From the NCBI GenBank assembly GCA_965242865.1, contig CBDETK010000005.1:1-21617 (forward strand): a stretch of 21,617 bases of DNA. Direction: 5' to 3'. Numbering within the stretch: position 1 is the first letter of the stretch; every line of letters starts with the position of its first letter. The notes under the pieces are model-generated. The model made no database searches, was not told the origin of the DNA, and saw nothing but the letters and a program-made list of their open reading frames with translations. Shown here piece by piece: positions 16,961 to 21,617 of this stretch. The stretch is from Candidatus Latescibacterota bacterium. GTDB taxonomy: Bacteria > Latescibacterota > UBA2968 > UBA8231. The translations under genes were made by a program, and so were the position numbers.

Positions 16961-17962
16961 TCAGGGAAGTTCCCAGTGACTGGTCTCGGCGGACCGGAAG
17001 ATCGCGTCGATGATCCGCATCCCGTAGACAGCATTCTCCAAGGGGAATTCGAGAGCCTCCCCGGATCGGATCGCAGCGGAGAAGACCTCGCCCTGCGCGG
17101 TGTATTGATCCGTAGTTGGTAGCTCTTCGGTCTGCACTCCGAGGTTCCCCAGTTGCTTGCCGTCATCGATGAAGATCCGGCAGGGGCGGTCGGGCGGGGC
17201 ATTGAAAGGAATCTCGATCTCGATCCGCCCGGACGTGCCGAAGAAGTGGATGCGTTGGTACGGCACGATCTGGGTGGAGCATGTGAACGTAGCATGCCCA
17301 CCCGAAAATTCAAGGATCGCGGAAGTCAGCCGGTCGATGCCCCATTCGGGATCGCGTTCAATGAGCCCCATCACTCTTGCGGGCTCTCCCTCGAACACGA
17401 ATCGAGCGCCCGTGATCGGATAGCACCCGATGTCGTAGAGTCCACCTCCGCCGATGTCGGCGATGTTGCGGATGTTCTGCGGGTCGCGGTTGTTGTAGCT
17501 GAAGAAGCCCTGTACTGATCGGAGCGTGCCGATACGCCCGGCTCGCACGAGTTCTCGTACTCGCAGCCACTGCGGGTGGTAGCGAATCATGAACGCTTCC
17601 TGGATCAGAACGCCTGCGCTGTCACGCGCTTCGATCAGCGTTCTCGCCTCGTTCGCGTCCAGCGCGATGGGCTTTTCGCACAGGACGTGCTTGCCCGCCT
17701 CGGCCGCCCGTACGGACCACGGCACGTGCAGATGGTTCGGCAGCGGGTTGTAGATTGCTTCGATCTCGCTATCCGCCAAGAGGTCGTCGTAGGACCCGTA
17801 CGCGACCGGGATGCCAAGCTCACCCGCAGCATTCTGAGCGGACGGGAGGTCCCGCGAGGCGATCGCGCGGATCTCGCAGGCGTCCGACTGCTGCATCGCC
17901 GGAATGACCTTCTGGAGGCCGATCTTCGCCGTGCTGAGGATTCCCCACCGGACGGGCTTCAT
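16961..17962 (-). CDS. Gfo/Idh/MocA family NAD(P)-dependent oxidoreductase, 333 aa
   Basis: VRWGILSTAKIG, IYNPLPNHLH, GKHVLCEKP, GGGGLYDIGCY. SD AAGGAGG lies upstream of ATG 17962. Confidence 0.93.
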   Translation of the reverse strand: MKPVRWGILSTAKIGLQKVIPAMQQSDACEIRAIASRDLPSAQNAAGELGIPVAYGSYDDLLADSEIEAIYNPLPNHLHVPWSVRAAEAGKHVLCEKPIALDANEARTLIEARDSAGVLIQEAFMIRYHPQWLRVRELVRAGRIGTLRSVQGFFSYNNRDPQNIRNIADIGGGGLYDIGCYPITGARFVFEGEPARVMGLIERDPEWGIDRLTSAILEFSGGHATFTCSTQIVPYQRIHFFGTSGRIEIEIPFNAPPDRPCRIFIDDGKQLGNLGVQTEELPTTDQYTAQGEVFSAAIRSGEALEFPLENAVYGMRIIDAIFRSAETSHWELP

Positions 17963-18020
17963 GTCTTGCCTCCTTGGTCGGTCGGCGTGATTCGGAAAGC
18001 GGGTCCGAAGGGGTCGATCG

Positions 18021-18833
18021 CTACATGTATCCGCCGGCCTTGCCCGCTGCTTGCTGCTGAGTATCCGCAGCGTCCATCTCCGTTCTCATCGCACGGAAAC
18101 CGTTGAGCAGGACCGACATGTCCGTACCGCATACGAGGAAGCGGGCACCGTGGTCTCGGGCGCGACGGAGCATCTTCGTATTGCCGAAGTGGACGCCGGG
18201 CGCGACGCCGACTTGGTTGCAGGCCTTGACCATGCGGTCGAAGGCCGACCAGAACTTCGGATGTTCGAATTCGCCGGGTATGCCAAGGGAGACCGAGAGG
18301 TCGAACGGCCCGATCATCGTCGCGTCCACGCCCGGCACGGCGACGATTTCTTCAATCGCGTCCACGCACGACTGCGTTTCCATCTGGACGATCACCATCG
18401 ACTCCTTGTTGGCGGACTCCATTTCGGCCGCAGCGCCCTTGAAGTCCAGGTCGGTCACGATGCTGCGAAGTCCGTATCCTCGTCGCCCGAGGGGAGGGAA
18501 CTTCATCGACCCTACGATCTTGCGGACCTCGTCCACGGACTCGGTGCGCGGATTGATGATGCCCATCGCCCCGACATCCAGCATGCGCGCGAGGAAGAAG
18601 TACTCGGGCTGCGGCACCCGCACCAATGGCACCACCCCGACCGACTTGGCAACTCGCACGAAGCCCTGAACGTCGTCGAAGCTAGTCCTGGCGTGCTCGC
18701 TGTCGATGAAGAAGAAATCCAAGCCAGCGGCTTGGACAGCCACAACGATTTCGGGATTGAAGCAGTCGGTGATGCAGGTTCCGAGAACGTTGCCGCCCGC
18801 TTGCAGCGTGGCCTTGATTGAGTTTTTCTGCAT
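18021..18833 (-). CDS. HpcH/HpaI aldolase family protein, 270 aa
   Basis: GLDFFFIDSEH, LVRVP, RMLDVGAMGIINP, KFPPLGRRG, VQMET, VDATMIGPFDLSVSLG. Confidence 0.9.
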   Translation of the reverse strand: MQKNSIKATLQAGGNVLGTCITDCFNPEIVVAVQAAGLDFFFIDSEHARTSFDDVQGFVRVAKSVGVVPLVRVPQPEYFFLARMLDVGAMGIINPRTESVDEVRKIVGSMKFPPLGRRGYGLRSIVTDLDFKGAAAEMESANKESMVIVQMETQSCVDAIEEIVAVPGVDATMIGPFDLSVSLGIPGEFEHPKFWSAFDRMVKACNQVGVAPGVHFGNTKMLRRARDHGARFLVCGTDMSVLLNGFRAMRTEMDAADTQQQAAGKAGGYM

Positions 18834-18902
18834 GTGCTCTTCGCGCCAGGTGCCGTCCGTCAGCTCGGCCGCTGCGCGGCTCGACGGGACCCTGAATGCG
18901 AG

Positions 18903-18979
18903 TGGCGGGAGCGACGGGACTCGAACCCGCGACCTCCGGCGTGACAGGCCGGCGTTCTAACCATCTGAACTACGCCCCC
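18903..18979 (-). tRNA. tRNA-Asp (GTC), 77 nt with encoded CCA
   Basis: GGGGGCG acceptor pairs with CGCTCCC; D arm GTTCAGATGGTTAGAAC; anticodon arm CCGGC-CTGTCAC-GCCGG; T arm GCGGG-TTCGAGT-CCCGT; ends G-CCA. Confidence 0.98.
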
Positions 18980-19021
18980 GCAGGGCAAGGCCTCATTGGG
19001 GTAGCAGGCCCTCTTGAACTC

Positions 19022-19030
19022 ACTATAGCA
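19022..19030 (-). promoter_or_regulatory. Extended -10 (TGcTATAGT) for tRNA-Asp
   Basis: Plus-strand ACTATAGCA, about 40 bp upstream of the tRNA 5' end. Confidence 0.55.
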
Positions 19031-19217
19031 CGCCCCTTGGACAGTACCCTCGTTTTGCAGGGCTTCCAAACCATCTAAGGTCGAATCGGGCCGTGAATGA
19101 GGTGGTTCCAGTGGCTCGCGTCACTTGGCTGGCCTCAAGCCCACGCCCCTCGTGCGACTGCCACGCGTCCACTCCCGAGCATCATCCGACTTGACTGCAG
19201 CAGCCGATCCACACACC

Positions 19218-19237
19218 AAAGGAAAACCGCTTCCGGT
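19218..19237 (-). terminator. Possible weak intrinsic terminator of the POT transporter gene
   Basis: Minus strand ACCG-GAAG-CGGT followed by TTTCCTTT just after the stop codon; stem is only 4 bp. Confidence 0.3.
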
Positions 19238-19240
19238 GCT

Positions 19241-20548
19241 CTAAATGCCAGGCATGCTCCTCTTGAGCGGCTTGAGGATGGCGGCCATGATCGCGGCGAC
19301 TGCCACGCACATGAGTCCCAGCACGGCGAAGAACACCGAGTGTGGCCAGCGCGTCCAGTAGACCCCGATCGCCGTCAATTTGTTGCCCACCGCAGTGGCC
19401 ACGAACCAGCCGCCCATCATCATTCCGCGCATGCGAACCGGAGCGACCTTGGAAACCAGAGACAGACCCATGGGGGAGAGCAGTAGTTCTCCCAGCGTGA
19501 CGACGCCGTAGGACGCGATCAGCCACCAAGGGGAGACTTGGTAGTCGTACGGATCCGGCCCGGTCACGGACGCTTCGCCCACCCTCGCAGCCCAGTACAG
19601 GATGAAGAAGGAAAGGCCGGTCAGGAGCATTCCCATCGCCATCTTGGCCGGGGTCGACGGCTCTTTGCCTGCCTTGCCGAGACGACGCCATACGTACACG
19701 AGCGGAAATGACAGGATCAGAATCCAAGCTGGGTTGATCGCATTCGCGATGGTTCCCGAAAAATCCCAATCGGTGTTGTCGTCCGCCCAGAAGGTTAGTG
19801 TCGAACCGTTCTGATGGAATGCCATCCAGAACACGATGACGATCAGGAAGATCACGAGCAGAGCGCCGACCCGGCGGGACTCCGGGACCTTATCCAGTGC
19901 GCTGGTCTCTGAGTCCGGTGCTCTAGCGGCCAAGCCCGGAGCGTCCTTGTCTTGTACGTGGTGTCGCCAGAAGTACAGCGTGCAAAGCGAGATCACCATG
20001 CCGAATCCCGCAACGGCGAACGCCGGGTGATAACCGAAGTAGAGCTTCACTTCTTCCATCACGATCGGGGCGACGAAGGCTCCGATGTTGATGCCGAGGT
20101 AGAAGATTACGAAGGCCCGGTCCTTCAGCGGGCTGCCATCCGGGTAGAGATTCCCGACCATCGTCGAGACGTTGGGCTTGAACAGTCCGTTCCCGATGAC
20201 GAGGCAGGCGAGCGCGAGATACACGATCTGCAGGGACTGGAAAGACAGGAGCAGGTGGCCCGCGACGAAGAAGAGCGCCCCGATCAGCGTCGTCCGCAGG
20301 TAGCCGAGATACCGGTCGGCGAGCAGGCCGCCAATAAACGGACTCGCGTAGACGAACGTGAGGTACCACGAGTACAGGTCCGTTGCTTCCGCCTCCGTCC
20401 AGCCGAAGCCGTGCGTGCCGTCCCGCAGGTAGAGCGTGAACAGGGACAGCATGGAGTAGAAGCTGAATCGTTCCCACGCTTCGGAGGCGAACAGTACGTA
20501 GAGCCCCTTCGGATGGCGTGCAGGGGTGAGTGAAGCGGGGTCAGGCAT
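19241..20548 (-). CDS. Proton-dependent oligopeptide transporter (POT/PTR2, MFS), 435 aa
   Basis: HPKGLYVLFASEAWERFSFY (ExxER motif), GGLLADRYLG, GNGLFKPNVSTMVGNLY, FYLGINIGA, GELLLSPMGLS. Confidence 0.93.
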   Translation of the reverse strand: MPDPASLTPARHPKGLYVLFASEAWERFSFYSMLSLFTLYLRDGTHGFGWTEAEATDLYSWYLTFVYASPFIGGLLADRYLGYLRTTLIGALFFVAGHLLLSFQSLQIVYLALACLVIGNGLFKPNVSTMVGNLYPDGSPLKDRAFVIFYLGINIGAFVAPIVMEEVKLYFGYHPAFAVAGFGMVISLCTLYFWRHHVQDKDAPGLAARAPDSETSALDKVPESRRVGALLVIFLIVIVFWMAFHQNGSTLTFWADDNTDWDFSGTIANAINPAWILILSFPLVYVWRRLGKAGKEPSTPAKMAMGMLLTGLSFFILYWAARVGEASVTGPDPYDYQVSPWWLIASYGVVTLGELLLSPMGLSLVSKVAPVRMRGMMMGGWFVATAVGNKLTAIGVYWTRWPHSVFFAVLGLMCVAVAAIMAAILKPLKRSMPGI

Positions 20549-20777
20549 TTGGAAAACCGCCCGCGGCCGGTCGGCGGTCGGAGTACGTGCGGGCGTTGGT
20601 AAGCCGCAGGAGCGAAAGCCCTATGGTAACCAGCGCGAGACGCGTGGCTCGGTCGGACGTTGAGCGGCAGCGAGAGTCGCGCATGCGGAGCTTTCGGCGA
20701 AGCCCCTGCTGAGGCTGTATGGGAAGATAAGGTTCCGGCGACTCGGGGTCGCGCCTACGCGGCGTCGCCGGAGGTTG

Positions 20778-21617
20778 ATGGATCAGCCGCGCCGCACTCG
20801 CAACATCGGCCTGCTGAACCGCACGTTCCGATCATTCCGCTACCGCAACTTCCGGTGGCTGTGGTTCGGGGCGTTCACCTCGACCACCGGCTTCTTCGTC
20901 GCGCAAGTGGCGGAGAGTTGGTACATCTACGAGCAGACCGGCTCGGAGAGCTTGCTCGGCCTGACCGCGTTCTTGAACGGCTTGCCGATTCTGCTGCTCA
21001 CGATGCTTGGCGGCGTGCTGGCCGACCGCATGGATCGGCGTCATCTGTTGATCGGCTCGCAACTGTTGCAGATGACCGCGGCTTTCGGTCTGGCTGCCTT
21101 GTTCTATGCGGAGAGCATTGAAATCTGGCACATCTTGGTGGCGGCGTTCCTCGCGGGTCTGGGCCAGGCGTTCGGCGGTCCCGCCTACCAAGCCCTGATA
21201 CCGTCCTTGGTGCCGCGCCGACACCTGCCCAACGCCATCGCGTTGCTTTCGATCCAGTTCAACCTCGCGGGCTTCCTCGGTCGCCCGATCGGCGGGGTCG
21301 TGTTCGAGATCTTCCGCCCCGCAATGTGCTTTTTCGTCAACGGGCTGAGCTTCTTGGCCGTGATCGTCTCACTCCTTACGATCCGCATCCCGTTCGTGCG
21401 GAACAAGAGGCAGCAGAACCTGCTGCGCAGCTTCGTAGAGGGCCTGCAAGCGATACATCGCAGCAAAGTCCTGCGCTCGCTCATGCTCCTCGCATTAGTG
21501 AGCGCATTCTGCGGAGTGCCCATCAACCTGCTCCTGCCGGTGTTCGCGCGAGATGTCTACGGACTCGATGCCGAAGGGTACGGCGGCATGGGAGCGGTCC
21601 TTGGATTGGGCGCGGTT
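20778..21617 (+). CDS. MFS transporter (MFS_3/DUF894-like), 3'-truncated by the window edge; absent from the ORF track
   Basis: Translated by hand from ATG 20778 (GGAGG upstream): MDQPRRTRNIGLLNRTFRSFRYRNFRWLWFGAF...GGVLADRMDRR (MFS motif A)...FGGPAYQALIPSLVP. The frame is open to the window end. Confidence 0.88.
   Translation, partial: MDQPRRTRNIGLLNRTFRSFRYRNFRWLWFGAFTSTTGFFVAQVAESWYIYEQTGSESLLGLTAFLNGLPILLLTMLGGVLADRMDRRHLLIGSQLLQMTAAFGLAALFYAESIEIWHILVAAFLAGLGQAFGGPAYQALIPSLVPRRHLPNAIALLSIQFNLAGFLGRPIGGVVFEIFRPAMCFFVNGLSFLAVIVSLLTIRIPFVRNKRQQNLLRSFVEGLQAIHRSKVLRSLMLLALVSAFCGVPINLLLPVFARDVYGLDAEGYGGMGAVLGLGAV

Noticed and set aside
16915-17313. 133-aa N-terminal extension of the RM ORF (1628 aa in the track), or a tract-dependent fusion with the oxidoreductase
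   Set aside because: The extension is Ser/Arg/Pro-rich and overlaps the well-supported oxidoreductase in another frame. The oxidoreductase stop (16963-16961) lies upstream of the C11 tract, so slippage cannot fuse the two.
18903-18925. tRNA-Asp 3' end as an attachment site for the islet
   Set aside because: I found no duplicated tRNA 3' end (only chance matches of about 8 bp), there is no integrase, and two metabolic genes lie between the tRNA and the RM gene.
1-21617. CRISPR array, IS element, retron or DGR
   Set aside because: I saw no spaced direct repeats, transposase, reverse transcriptase or template/variable repeat pair.

Overview
A GC-rich bacterial chromosomal window. Gene content (Oar-like TonB-dependent barrel, DUF1501 protein, ankyrin protein) suggests Acidobacteriota or a similar lineage; this is inference only. 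The left flank holds an ankyrin-repeat protein (partial), a TonB-dependent-like receptor, a DUF1501 protein, a YfgM-like TPR protein and a dGTPase. The right flank holds a Gfo/Idh/MocA oxidoreductase, an HpcH/HpaI aldolase, tRNA-Asp(GTC), a POT peptide transporter and an MFS transporter (partial). Between them (about 7.6-16.9 kb) lies an integrase-free, defence-like islet: a HipBA-type toxin-antitoxin pair, a lower-GC orphan ABC/AAA ATPase, a Cdh/HIT-like hydrolase and a ~1495-aa single-chain Type ISP-like restriction-modification enzyme (Mrr nuclease + SF2 helicase + m6A methyltransferase + TRD). The strongest signal is that the only two long homopolymers I could find in the window both belong to the RM gene: a G10 tract in frame between the methyltransferase and the specificity domain, and a C11 tract 6 bp upstream of its ATG. 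This suggests a phase-variable Type ISP system. The HipA lacks the usual P-loop autophosphorylation serine, and the ATPase has degenerate signature and Walker B motifs.
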